The notes below the pieces were generated by a model that did no database searches, had not been told where the DNA came from, and saw nothing but the letters and a program-made list of their open reading frames with translations. From sequence record DRR723986_8153: 50,401 nucleotides of DNA; one strand, written 5' to 3'. The position numbers and the translations under genes were made by a program. This document shows, piece after piece, positions 41,508 through 50,401 of this stretch (position 1 is the stretch's first letter; each line of letters starts with the position of its first letter).

Positions 41508-41726
41508 TTATTTATATCGATATACAATTCTGCCTTTACTCAAATCATAGGGAGACAGTTCCAACTTTACTCGATCACCAGGAAGAATCTTGATATAATT
41601 CATCCTCATCTTACCAGATATGTGAGCGATCAGTTGATGCCCATTCTCTAGTTCCACTTTGAACATCGCATTAGACAATGCCTCTTTAATCGTACCGTCT
41701 TGCTCTATTGATGTTTGCTTGGCCAT
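41508..41726 (-). CDS. infA: Translation initiation factor IF-1
   Basis: [18 protein letters not shown]. Confidence 0.99.
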   Translation of the reverse strand: MAKQTSIEQDGTIKEALSNAMFKVELENGHQLIAHISGKMRMNYIKILPGDRVKLELSPYDLSKGRIVYRYK

Positions 41727-41727
41727 A

Positions 41728-42501
41728 TTAGAATTTAAAATTCTCTTCTATGTATTTATGAGAGGTTAACACCTCTGTTCTATCTTCAAATATCGCTACT
41801 GTGTGCTCATAATGTGCTGAAGGTTTTCTATCCGCTGTGCGAATAGTCCAACCATCTCGCTCTTGTACAATATTTCGTGTTCCAAGATTTATCATGGGCT
41901 CAATTGCGATCACCATTCCATCTTTAAGTAAAGGACCGCTCCCTTTTTTTCCATAATTAGGAACTTCAGGTGCTTCATGTAGACTTCTGCCTAATCCATG
42001 TCCAACAAGCTCTCTGACTACGGTGTAGCCCTTGGCTTCTACAAACTTCTGAATTGCATTGCCCACATCGCCAATTCTTTTCCCAAAGACAGCTTGCTCA
42101 ATTCCAATGTAAAGTGAATCTTTAGTGGCTTTTAATAATGCTTTTACAGCAGGAGAGACCTCACCAATAGGGTATGTATAAGCGGAATCGCTATGAAAAC
42201 CTTGGTGAAAGACTCCACAATCTACTGAGATTATATCGCCATCTTTCAATTCATATTCACTGGGAAAACCATGTACAACTACTTCATTCACAGAAATACA
42301 TAGTGAAGCAGGAAAACCGTTGTAGCCCTTGAATGAAGGTACTCCATCATGATCCCTGATAAACTCCTCAGCAATTTTGTCTAGATAAGAGGTCTTTACC
42401 CCTTCCTTGACATACTTCGCTACTTCCCCATGGGCTTTTGCTAATATGTCGGCACTTTCTTTTATTAACTTAACTTCTTCCGAAGTCTTGTAATTGATCA
42501 T
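41728..42501 (-). CDS. map: Type I methionine aminopeptidase
   Basis: [28 protein letters not shown] and SAHYEHT motifs; start at ATG 42501. Confidence 0.97.
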   Translation of the reverse strand: MINYKTSEEVKLIKESADILAKAHGEVAKYVKEGVKTSYLDKIAEEFIRDHDGVPSFKGYNGFPASLCISVNEVVVHGFPSEYELKDGDIISVDCGVFHQGFHSDSAYTYPIGEVSPAVKALLKATKDSLYIGIEQAVFGKRIGDVGNAIQKFVEAKGYTVVRELVGHGLGRSLHEAPEVPNYGKKGSGPLLKDGMVIAIEPMINLGTRNIVQERDGWTIRTADRKPSAHYEHTVAIFEDRTEVLTSHKYIEENFKF

Positions 42502-42502
42502 C

Positions 42503-43822
42503 TTAGGCAACTTGGTAATTAGAAGGATTATTCTTCACATTACCGCTTTTCATCATGCCTTCGTAGTGTCTCATCAACAAGTAACTTTCAATCTGTCTCA
42601 ACGTATCCATGATCACACCTACCATAATTAATAGAGAGGTTCCACCATAGAACTGAGCAAACTCTCCACCCACTCCGGAAATAATTGCGAGAGCAGGAAG
42701 AATAGCTACTGCAGCTAAGAGAATAGATCCCGGAAGTGTAATTTTGGAAATAATTCCATCAATAAATTCCGATGTAGGAGCTCCTGGCTTAATACCTGGA
42801 ACAAAACCTCCATTTCTCTTCATATCTTCAGCGATCTGCTCAGGGTTAACTGTAATAGCAGTGTAGAAGAACGTGAAAAGAATGATCATTGCTGCGAAAA
42901 GCAGATTGTATTGCCAAGAAGTGAAATCACTGAACGTAGCTCCAATGTAGTTGGCGATGTCATTTTCAGAAGCCCAGATTTGAGCGATCAAAGCTGGAAC
43001 AAACATCAACGACTGTGCAAAGATGATTGGCATAACACCTGATGCATTTACCTTGATAGGTATATACTGTCGTTGTCCACCATACACTTTACCACCTACT
43101 ACTTGTTTTGCATATTGTACAGGGATTCTTCTAGTCGCTTCAGTCAAGGCAATCACCCCAACTACTACGAAGAACAATACAGCGGCTTCAATAAGAAGAA
43201 GCAACATACCTGAAGTACCTTTCTCTAGACCTTCAGCTATGATCGCTCCAGGGAATCTAGATATGATACCAATCATAATAAGCATTGAGATACCGTTACC
43301 TATACCTTTTTCAGTGATTTTCTCTCCGAGCCACATGCAGAACATGGTACCGGCAGAAAGTAAAACCAAAGAGCTAAACATAAATAAAGTAGAGCTAACC
43401 ATCACCGCACCTGTAGGCATTATAGTAGCGGAAACATATCCGATACCTTGCGCAATAGTGATTAGGATAGTCAAAACTCGAGTGATCTGGTTGATTCTTT
43501 TTCTACCAGATTCACCCTCTTTTTGCATTTTTTGAAAATATGGTACTCCGACAGTCAATAACTGCAACACAATGGATGCAGATATATATGGCATGATGCC
43601 TAGACCGAAGATAGATGCGTTACTGAACGCTCCACCAAGGAAGGTATCGATCAATCCAAAGATCCCTTCTGGAGCTTCTCCTAAACGAGAAGGATCAACA
43701 CCAGGAAGAACTATGAACGACCCTAATCTGAATATGATCAAAAATCCGATCGTATTCATGATTCTAACTCTAAGGTCTTCGATAGAGAAAATGTTCTTAA
43801 CTGTCGAAATAAACTTTTTCAT
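42503..43822 (-). CDS. secY: Preprotein translocase SecY
   Basis: SIFGLGIMPYISASI, GIGNGISM and GVMPIIFA motifs. Confidence 0.99.
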   Translation of the reverse strand: MKKFISTVKNIFSIEDLRVRIMNTIGFLIIFRLGSFIVLPGVDPSRLGEAPEGIFGLIDTFLGGAFSNASIFGLGIMPYISASIVLQLLTVGVPYFQKMQKEGESGRKRINQITRVLTILITIAQGIGYVSATIMPTGAVMVSSTLFMFSSLVLLSAGTMFCMWLGEKITEKGIGNGISMLIMIGIISRFPGAIIAEGLEKGTSGMLLLLIEAAVLFFVVVGVIALTEATRRIPVQYAKQVVGGKVYGGQRQYIPIKVNASGVMPIIFAQSLMFVPALIAQIWASENDIANYIGATFSDFTSWQYNLLFAAMIILFTFFYTAITVNPEQIAEDMKRNGGFVPGIKPGAPTSEFIDGIISKITLPGSILLAAVAILPALAIISGVGGEFAQFYGGTSLLIMVGVIMDTLRQIESYLLMRHYEGMMKSGNVKNNPSNYQVA

Positions 43823-43826
43823 TAAA

Positions 43827-44273
43827 TTAAATTGTGTTTACCGTTCCACCCAACTTCTCAATAGCTACTGCTGCAGTTGCTGAGAATTTATGAGCAGTTA
43901 CGTCTAATTTGGATTTCAATTCACCTCCACCGAGGATTTTGATTTTGTCATTCTTGGAAGCAATACCATGAGAAACTAACGCTTCCATGTTTACTACTTC
44001 AAGATTGTATTGCTCAGCAATGCTTTGCAATGTATCCAAATTTACTGGTTTGAACTCTACTCTATTCAAGCTTTTGAATCCAAATTTAGGAACTCTTCTC
44101 TGAAGTGGCATTTGACCACCTTCAAAACCTAACTTAGACTTGTAGCCTGATCTAGATTTCGCTCCTTTATGACCTCTTGTAGAAGTTCCACCTCTACCTG
44201 AACCTGTACCTCTACCAATTCTCTTACGATTTTTGGTAGATCCTTCAGCTGGTGTTAATGTATGCAGTTTCAT
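43827..44273 (-). CDS. rplO: 50S ribosomal protein L15
   Basis: [18 protein letters not shown]. Confidence 0.99.
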   Translation of the reverse strand: MKLHTLTPAEGSTKNRKRIGRGTGSGRGGTSTRGHKGAKSRSGYKSKLGFEGGQMPLQRRVPKFGFKSLNRVEFKPVNLDTLQSIAEQYNLEVVNMEALVSHGIASKNDKIKILGGGELKSKLDVTAHKFSATAAVAIEKLGGTVNTI

Positions 44274-44275
44274 AA

Positions 44276-44455
44276 TTAAGCTTCCTCCACTTTTACAAGG
44301 TGATTAACTTTATTTACCATACCGGCAATCTGAGGCGTATTCTCTACGGTCACTGATTTGCTGATACGACCTAAACCTAAAGCTGTAATAGTAGCTTTTT
44401 GATCACTTGGTCTATCAATGGTACTTTTGGTTTGCGTGATTTTGATCTTAGCCAT
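44276..44455 (-). CDS. rpmD: 50S ribosomal protein L30; not in ORF track
   Basis: Manual translation [59 protein letters not shown]. Confidence 0.97.
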   Translation of the reverse strand: MAKIKITQTKSTIDRPSDQKATITALGLGRISKSVTVENTPQIAGMVNKVNHLVKVEEA

Positions 44456-44460
44456 TTCGA

Positions 44461-44979
44461 TTATCCGTTAAAAACTTTAGACATTTTAATGCTTCTCTGT
44501 TGTGAAACAGCGATTGCATCTCTTAGCTGAGTCAAAGCTTCGATAGTAGCTTTTACCACGTTATGAGGATTAGATGATCCTTTAGATTTTGCCAATACGT
44601 CAGTAACGCCGGCACTCTCCAAAACTGCACGCATTGCACCACCTGCGATAACGCCTGTACCTGCTGCTGCTGGTTTGATCAAAACAAAACCTCCACCATA
44701 TTTACCAATCTGCTCATGAGGGATAGTACCTTTCAAAATTGGCACTTTCACCAAATTCTTCTTAGCATCTTCGATACCCTTAGTGATTGCATCTGTTACC
44801 TCATTGGCCTTACCCAATCCGTAACCAACAACACCTTGGCCATCTCCCACTACAACAATTGCTGAAAAAGAGAATCTTCTACCGCCTTTCACCACTTTGG
44901 CGACACGGTTGATAGCTACTACTTTTTCCTTTAAATCTGTATCTGTAGCCCTGATAGGCTTTCTTCTTAGTTGAGACAT
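44461..44979 (-). CDS. rpsE: 30S ribosomal protein S5
   Basis: [14 protein letters not shown]. Confidence 0.99.
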   Translation of the reverse strand: MSQLRRKPIRATDTDLKEKVVAINRVAKVVKGGRRFSFSAIVVVGDGQGVVGYGLGKANEVTDAITKGIEDAKKNLVKVPILKGTIPHEQIGKYGGGFVLIKPAAAGTGVIAGGAMRAVLESAGVTDVLAKSKGSSNPHNVVKATIEALTQLRDAIAVSQQRSIKMSKVFNG

Positions 44980-44985
44980 AGCTTA

Positions 44986-45336
44986 TTAAAATTTAAGGCC
45001 TCCTTCTCTGGCACCATCTGCCAAAGCTTTCACATTCCCATGATACAAGTAGCCATTTCTGTCAAATACTACGGATTCTACTCCGTTTGCAACAGCTCTT
45101 TCAGCAAGTTTTTTACCTACTTCTTTAGAAACTGACACATTAGCGTTAGCCTTTGCTCCCAATTCCTTGGAAGAAGCTTGAGCCAAAGTCTGACCTTTAA
45201 GGTCATCGATAAGCTGAGCGTAGATGCCAGTATTGCTTTTGAAAACTGACAAACGAGGTCTGGAATCAGTACCAGAAATCTTTCTTCTGATACCCTGCTT
45301 GATTCTAAGTCTTCTGGAATTCTTATTAAATGCCAT
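44986..45336 (-). CDS. rplR: 50S ribosomal protein L18
   Basis: RPRLSVFKS...VFDRNGYLYHG. Confidence 0.99.
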   Translation of the reverse strand: MAFNKNSRRLRIKQGIRRKISGTDSRPRLSVFKSNTGIYAQLIDDLKGQTLAQASSKELGAKANANVSVSKEVGKKLAERAVANGVESVVFDRNGYLYHGNVKALADGAREGGLKF

Positions 45337-45342
45337 AACCTA

Positions 45343-45900
45343 TTATTTTTTAGCGGCAGTTTTACCAGCCTTACGTCTAACTTGTTCACCAACGAAGCGC
45401 ACACCTTTTCCTTTGTAAGGTTCAACCTTACGAAGAGATCTGATTTTTGCAGCCACTTGTCCAATCAATTCTTTATCTATCGATTCTAAGGTAATGATTG
45501 GATTCTTACCTTTTGCAGTCTCAGCTTTAAGAGCTACCTCATCAGGAAGCATCATAAAGATATTGTGAGAGTAACCAAGATTCAATTCAAGAATCTGTCC
45601 TTGGTTAGACGCTTTAAAACCTACACCAACAAGCTCTAAGTCTTTCTTGTATCCTTCAGAAACTCCAATCACCATATTGTTGATTAAAGATCTATAAAGA
45701 CCGTGAATAGACTTATGTCTCTTGGAATCGGTAGGTCTTGCAACAACGATTTCGTTGTTCTCTACTTTCACCTGAATATCGGGATTCACATCCTGAGTCA
45801 GGGTACCCTTTGGACCTTTAACAGTCACAGTACCTTTGTCTGTGACGTCTACAGTAACACCGCTGGGTATATTTATTGGTTTTTTACCTATTCTAGACAT
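45343..45900 (-). CDS. rplF: 50S ribosomal protein L6
   Basis: MSRIGKKP...EPYKGKGV. Confidence 0.99.
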   Translation of the reverse strand: MSRIGKKPINIPSGVTVDVTDKGTVTVKGPKGTLTQDVNPDIQVKVENNEIVVARPTDSKRHKSIHGLYRSLINNMVIGVSEGYKKDLELVGVGFKASNQGQILELNLGYSHNIFMMLPDEVALKAETAKGKNPIITLESIDKELIGQVAAKIRSLRKVEPYKGKGVRFVGEQVRRKAGKTAAKK

Positions 45901-45909
45901 GATAGTAAA

Positions 45910-46305
45910 TTAGTATACGTAGCAAATAACTTCTCCACCTACACCCTCAGTGCGGGCTTCCTTGTCAGTCATTACCCCCTTAGAGGTAGAAACAATTGCT
46001 ATTCCGAGCCCGTTGATTACTCTTGGCAGCTCCGTATGTTTCACATATTTTCTCAAACCTGGCGTACTAACTCTCTTCAAGCTTACAATTGCATTTTGCT
46101 TTGTAACAGGATTGAATTTCAGAGCAATTTTGATGGATCCTTGTGGACCGTTTTCTTCAAACTTGTAATTCTGAATGTATCCTTTTTCGTGCAATACTTT
46201 TGTAATCTCTTTCTTGATATTAGAAGCAGGTATTTCTACGATTCGGTGAGATGCCTTGATGGCATTTCTCAACCTAGTCAAATAATCAGCTATTGGATCA
46301 GTCAT
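45910..46305 (-). CDS. rpsH: 30S ribosomal protein S8
   Basis: [15 protein letters not shown]...GGEVICYV. Confidence 0.99.
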   Translation of the reverse strand: MTDPIADYLTRLRNAIKASHRIVEIPASNIKKEITKVLHEKGYIQNYKFEENGPQGSIKIALKFNPVTKQNAIVSLKRVSTPGLRKYVKHTELPRVINGLGIAIVSTSKGVMTDKEARTEGVGGEVICYVY

Positions 46306-46324
46306 TGTATTTTATAGTCTAGCT

Positions 46325-46350
46325 ACACCCGATTTGGGCGTGCAAAGTTA
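46325..46350 (-). promoter_or_regulatory. Internal promoter element plus small hairpin upstream of rpsH
   Basis: TAACTTTG (46350-46343) followed by ACGCCC-AAATC-GGGTGT in the largest gap (82 nt) of the superoperon. Confidence 0.65.
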
Positions 46351-46387
46351 CGAATTGATTTTTATAATAAAAACTACTGTCGTTATT

Positions 46388-46657
46388 TTACCAGCTGGAC
46401 TTTGTCACTCCAGGGATCTTGCCTGCTGAGGCCATTTCTCTGAAGGTTACCCTGTTGATACCAAACTTTCTCATGTAGCCCTTAGGACGACCAGTTAGTT
46501 TACATCTGTTGTGAAGTCTAACTGGAGACGCGTTCTTTGGCAATTTATCAAGTGCTTCATAATCGCCAGCAGCTTTAAGCGCGGCTCTTTTATCTGCATA
46601 CTTGGCTACCAGACGCTCTCTTTTTCTCTCACGAGCTTTGATTGACTCTTTTGCCAT
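46388..46657 (-). CDS. rpsN: 30S ribosomal protein S14 (long, zinc-free type)
   Basis: 89 aa, single Cys in RCKLTGRP, ends KSSW. Confidence 0.99.
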   Translation of the reverse strand: MAKESIKARERKRERLVAKYADKRAALKAAGDYEALDKLPKNASPVRLHNRCKLTGRPKGYMRKFGINRVTFREMASAGKIPGVTKSSW

Positions 46658-46659
46658 GA

Positions 46660-47220
46660 TTATTCTTCTTTAGTTTTTTTAACGAAAGGCATTCCAAAAG
46701 CTTTGAATAATTCTAAGCTTTCCTCATCTGTATTAGCAGAAGTAACGAATGTAATATCCATACCTGAGATTCTATTGACTTTCTCAATGCTGATCTCAGG
46801 GAAGATTATTTGCTCTTGCACACCTAGTGTGTAATTGCCTCTTCCGTCAAATCCTTTATCAGAAATACCTTTGAAATCTCTTACACGTGGTAGTGCAATA
46901 GTGATCAAACGATCAAGGAACTCATACATCGTCTGACCTCTCAAAGTAACTTTAGCTCCGATAGGCATTCCTTCTCTCAACTTAAAGTTGGAAACAGAAG
47001 TCTTTGCGATAGTCGAAACAGCTCTCTGACCAGTGATCAAAGAAAGCTCTTCTACACCTTGGTCTACCAATTTTTTATCTGCTACAGCTGCACCGATACC
47101 TTTGTTGAGAACAATTTTCTCCAACTTAGGTACTTGCATTACTGAAGAGTATTGGAATTTCTCTTTCAAAGCAGGAACGATCTCGTCCACGTACTTTTGT
47201 TTGATTCTTGGATTAGCCAT
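46660..47220 (-). CDS. rplE: 50S ribosomal protein L5
   Basis: [16 protein letters not shown]. Confidence 0.99.
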   Translation of the reverse strand: MANPRIKQKYVDEIVPALKEKFQYSSVMQVPKLEKIVLNKGIGAAVADKKLVDQGVEELSLITGQRAVSTIAKTSVSNFKLREGMPIGAKVTLRGQTMYEFLDRLITIALPRVRDFKGISDKGFDGRGNYTLGVQEQIIFPEISIEKVNRISGMDITFVTSANTDEESLELFKAFGMPFVKKTKEE

Positions 47221-47557
47221 TGATCACCTCCCCAGTTTTCTTAGAGTATCTTACTAATTTACCATTTTCACCTTCTTTGCGACCTGTTCTAGTGGCTTCA
47301 CCAGTCTTAGGATCTACAAGTTTCAGGTTACTAATATGGATAGAAGCTTCTTTCTTATCGATACCGCCCTGAGGCTTAGCTGCTGTAGGCTTCACGTGTT
47401 TAGTGATCATATTAAGACCTTCCACGATTGCTCTATTCTTTTGCTTATCTACAGAAAGTACTTTTCCTGTTTTGCCATTGTCATCACCTGCAATCACCTT
47501 TACAGTGTCACCAGTTTTGATATGAAGCTTTGTTTGCTTGTTCATTTTTCTTTCCAT
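47213..47557 (-). CDS. rplX: 50S ribosomal protein L24
   Basis: KOW motif [17 protein letters not shown]. Confidence 0.98.
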   Translation of the reverse strand: MERKMNKQTKLHIKTGDTVKVIAGDDNGKTGKVLSVDKQKNRAIVEGLNMITKHVKPTAAKPQGGIDKKEASIHISNLKLVDPKTGEATRTGRKEGENGKLVRYSKKTGEVING

Positions 47558-47559
47558 GA

Positions 47560-47928
47560 TTACAATACTTCAGGAGCCAATGAAACGATTTTCATAAACT
47601 GCTTCTCTCTCAACTCTCTAGCCACTGGGCCGAAGATACGCGTGCCTCTTGGCTCGTCGTTGTTGTTCAATAACACAGCTGCGTTGTCCTCGAAACGGAT
47701 ATAAGAACCGTCTTTTCTTCTTATTTCTTTACGAGTACGCACGATTACCGCTCTTGAAACGGTACCTTTTTTCATGCTGCTGGAAGAAAGCGCAGATTTT
47801 ACTGTCACAACGACTTTATCGCCGATGGAAGCATATCGCTTTTTTGTTCCTCCCAATACGCGGATTACCAATACCTCTTTGGCACCAGAGTTGTCCGCTA
47901 CGCTTAGTCTTGATTCTTGCTGGATCAT
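47560..47928 (-). CDS. rplN: 50S ribosomal protein L14
   Basis: VADNSGAK...SLAPEVL. Confidence 0.99.
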   Translation of the reverse strand: MIQQESRLSVADNSGAKEVLVIRVLGGTKKRYASIGDKVVVTVKSALSSSSMKKGTVSRAVIVRTRKEIRRKDGSYIRFEDNAAVLLNNNDEPRGTRIFGPVARELREKQFMKIVSLAPEVL

Positions 47929-47930
47929 AA

Positions 47931-48194
47931 TTACTTAGCCCTTTCAATAATTTCAACTACTCTCCAACGCTTGTTCTTACTCAGCGGACGAGTTTCGCTG
48001 ATTTTCACCAAGTCACCTGGGTTACAATCATTTGTCTCGTCATGAGCCATAAATTTGGTTGTTTTGGTAACAAACTTACCATAGATGGCGTGCTTTACGC
48101 GACGCTCGATCAATACGGTAATGGACTTATCCATCTTGTTACTTACCACCTTACCAATTCTTTCTTTTCGAAGATTTCTCTCTGTCGTAGCCAT
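47931..48194 (-). CDS. rpsQ: 30S ribosomal protein S17
   Basis: [11 protein letters not shown]...[11 protein letters not shown]. Confidence 0.99.
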   Translation of the reverse strand: MATTERNLRKERIGKVVSNKMDKSITVLIERRVKHAIYGKFVTKTTKFMAHDETNDCNPGDLVKISETRPLSKNKRWRVVEIIERAK

Positions 48195-48211
48195 ATTCTT
48201 TTTGTTAGCTA

Positions 48212-48394
48212 TTATTTGGCAGCCAATGCAGTCTTTAATCTTGCGATAAAGCGCTTGGTCTCGCGGATTCTGTTAGGATTCTCTATAGGAGATATCGAGT
48301 GTGCAAACCTAAGTTTGGTTAGATTCTCCTGCTCAGCGACTAGTCGCTCGGCGATTTCACTGTTAGACAGTGATTTGATTTCAGTATTTTTCAT
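48212..48394 (-). CDS. rpmC: 50S ribosomal protein L29
   Basis: LRFAH..IENP...IARLKT; position in the operon. Confidence 0.97.
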   Translation of the reverse strand: MKNTEIKSLSNSEIAERLVAEQENLTKLRFAHSISPIENPNRIRETKRFIARLKTALAAK

Positions 48395-48402
48395 AGTGCT
48401 TA

Positions 48403-48822
48403 TTATTCAGCGTAATCTCTACGAACAACAAATCTAGTGCTTACAGGTAGCTTTTGCTGTGCAAGTCTCAACGCCTCTTTAGCTGTCTCCTGGCTCACGC
48501 CAGTAGCTTCGAAAAGGATCGTTCCTGGTTTGATAACGGCTACCCAATATTCTGGAGCACCTTTACCTTTACCCATACGAACCTCTGCGGGCTTTTTAGT
48601 GATAGGTTTGTCAGGGAATATTCTGATCCAAACCTGTCCTTCTCTTTTCATTGCTCTCGTCATCGCGATACGAGCTGCCTCGATCTGACGGGAGGTGATC
48701 CATCCTGCTTCAAGGGACTTGATGCCAAAGTTGCCAAAAGAAAGCGTATGCCCTCTTTGTGCAATGCCTTTGACACGGCCCTTTTGCATTTTCCTATATT
48801 TAGTTCTTTTTGGCTGTAACAT
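48403..48822 (-). CDS. rplP: 50S ribosomal protein L16
   Basis: MLQPKRTK...RMGKGKG. Confidence 0.99.
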   Translation of the reverse strand: MLQPKRTKYRKMQKGRVKGIAQRGHTLSFGNFGIKSLEAGWITSRQIEAARIAMTRAMKREGQVWIRIFPDKPITKKPAEVRMGKGKGAPEYWVAVIKPGTILFEATGVSQETAKEALRLAQQKLPVSTRFVVRRDYAE

Positions 48823-48845
48823 GAGTTCTCACTTATGGGCGAAAA

Positions 48846-49577
48846 TTAGTTATTTCTTTTTCTTCGTCTTGGACCATCATTTCTCTTAGGACCTGCATTA
48901 CGAGCACCTTTAGGCTCATTAGCTGCTCCCTGATTAGGAGAAAGATCTCTCTTACCGTACACTTCACCTTTGAAGATCCAAACTTTGATTCCGATCAAGC
49001 CATATACCGTAAGGGCTTCTGACAAGGCGTAATCAATATCTGCTCTCAATGTGTGAAGAGGAATTCTTCCTTCTTTGTACATTTCAGAACGGGCCATTTC
49101 GGCTCCGCCTAGACGTCCAGAAAGTTTAACTTTAATTCCTTCCGCTCCCACTCTCATGGATGCTGCAATAGCTTGCTTCATTGCTCTTCTGAAAGAAATT
49201 CTTGCTTGAAGCTGCTGAGCGATTGATTCACCTACCAATTTCGCATCCAATTCAGGACGCTTGATCTCGAAGATATTAATCTGAATATCCTTGTTGGTGA
49301 TATTCTTAAGTTCTTCTTTCAGTTTATCTACTTCGGCTCCACCTTTACCAATTACAACACCTGGACGGGCAGTATGAATCGTAAGAGTGATTCTTTTAAG
49401 CGTACGCTCAATAATCACTTTAGAAATACCTCCCTTAGGAATTCTGGCAAGGACGTACTTACGGATTTTCTGATCTTCATATAGCTTCTCAGCGAAGTCT
49501 TTCCCACCATACCAGTTGGAATCCCAGCCTTTGACTACACCAAGTCTAAATCCTATTGGGTTGATCTTTTGTCCCAT
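48846..49577 (-). CDS. rpsC: 30S ribosomal protein S3
   Basis: [13 protein letters not shown]...[13 protein letters not shown]. Confidence 0.99.
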   Translation of the reverse strand: MGQKINPIGFRLGVVKGWDSNWYGGKDFAEKLYEDQKIRKYVLARIPKGGISKVIIERTLKRITLTIHTARPGVVIGKGGAEVDKLKEELKNITNKDIQINIFEIKRPELDAKLVGESIAQQLQARISFRRAMKQAIAASMRVGAEGIKVKLSGRLGGAEMARSEMYKEGRIPLHTLRADIDYALSEALTVYGLIGIKVWIFKGEVYGKRDLSPNQGAANEPKGARNAGPKRNDGPRRRKRNN

Positions 49578-49586
49578 AGTCTGTTC

Positions 49587-49979
49587 TTAATTTGCCTTTT
49601 CGTTTGTTTCTACTACATCAGCGGTAACTTCTTGCGTGTCGAATGAATCAACAATAAGCGTTACATGATTTGATCTCTTGCGGATTCTATGACCTCTACC
49701 TTGAGGAGCTGGTCTTAATCTCTTAAGCATTCTACCTTCATCTACCATTACAGTTTTGATGAAAAGGTCAGCTTCTTCCAATTTGGCATCAGGGTTTTTC
49801 GCTTGCCAGTTGGCTACAGCGGAAAGCAACAACTTCTCAAGTCGAGCAGCTCCATGATTAGGAGTAAACTTCAATATGCTAAGTGCCAATCCTACTCTCT
49901 TGCCTCTGACAAGGTCAGCCACAAGGCGCATCTTACGCGGAGATGTAGGGACATTATTTAATTTTGCTAATGCTTCCAT
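49587..49979 (-). CDS. rplV: 50S ribosomal protein L22
   Basis: [14 protein letters not shown]...RPAPQGR. Confidence 0.99.
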   Translation of the reverse strand: MEALAKLNNVPTSPRKMRLVADLVRGKRVGLALSILKFTPNHGAARLEKLLLSAVANWQAKNPDAKLEEADLFIKTVMVDEGRMLKRLRPAPQGRGHRIRKRSNHVTLIVDSFDTQEVTADVVETNEKAN

Positions 49980-49981
49980 GA

Positions 49982-50260
49982 TTATCTCTTTCCTTTATCT
50001 TTTTTGGCAATGTGGCCTCTGAAATTTCTGGTAGGAGCAAATTCACCTAGCTTATGACCTACCATGTTGTCTGTTACAAATACTGGAATGAATTTATTCC
50101 CATTATGCACAGCGAAGGTATGTCCTACGAAATCTGGAGAAATCATTGATTTTCTTGACCAAGTCTTGATTACCGATTTCTTGCCTGATTCGTTCTGAGC
50201 ATCCACTTTTTTCACAAGATGGTGCTCGATATAAGGACCTTTTTTTAATGAACGTGCCAT
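49982..50260 (-). CDS. rpsS: 30S ribosomal protein S19
   Basis: MARSLKKGP...[11 protein letters not shown]. Confidence 0.99.
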   Translation of the reverse strand: MARSLKKGPYIEHHLVKKVDAQNESGKKSVIKTWSRKSMISPDFVGHTFAVHNGNKFIPVFVTDNMVGHKLGEFAPTRNFRGHIAKKDKGKR

Positions 50261-50262
50261 AA

Positions 50263-50401
50263 TTATTTAGATCTTTTGCTTACGATGAACTTGTTTGAAT
50301 ACTTCTTAGGAGATCTTGTTTTCTTACCTTTAGACAATAGACCTTTTCTAGATCTAGGGTGTCCTCCAGAAGAACGACCTTCACCACCACCCATTGGGTG
50401 A
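50263..50401 (-). CDS. rplB: 50S ribosomal protein L2, C-terminal part (truncated by window)
   Basis: [20 protein letters not shown]...[11 protein letters not shown]. Confidence 0.97.
   Translation of the reverse strand, partial: HPMGGGEGRSSGGHPRSRKGLLSKGKKTRSPKKYSNKFIVSKRSK

Noticed and set aside
41728-42503. No adk between secY and map
   Set aside because: Gene order here varies between phyla; not considered unusual for Bacteroidota.

Overview
AT-rich Bacteroidota chromosome segment. TAnnTTTG promoter elements, no obvious Shine-Dalgarno motifs and gene content suggest Cytophagales, possibly Cyclobacteriaceae/Algoriphagus-like; the taxonomy is an inference. Left to right: the 5' part of a tRNA-Ser; a minus-strand operon (GT2, small hypothetical, RsbU-type phosphatase, polysaccharide deacetylase, GT2, TatD, asparaginase); ruvC; an OM beta-barrel and a Crp-family regulator; hypotheticals; a K+/H+ antiporter; an iron-uptake locus (TonB receptor, PepSY-TM protein, small Cys-containing protein) with three Fur-box-like palindromes; DoxX; a purple acid phosphatase; tamB and a lipoprotein TamA/BamA-family gene; a cbpA-cbpM-DinB-VOC-methyltransferase cluster with a frameshifted gene remnant; an acyltransferase; a general-stress FMN-binding protein; cysE-cysM; ftsB-eno-carA; and the alpha/spc/S10 ribosomal superoperon from rplQ to a partial rplB. 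No CRISPR array, IS element or prophage was seen. Best candidates for undescribed biology: (1) an ORF with an N-terminal signal/TM segment ending in IIFPFHYFW-stop, followed by a structured spacer, which resembles a ribosome-arrest leader peptide; (2) a ~185-nt structured RNA or leader directly under a Fur-like box, a candidate iron-sparing sRNA; (3) a probable non-canonical ATT start for tamB; (4) period-7 tracts flanking the small iron-locus module. All calls come from reading the sequence only; no searches were run.
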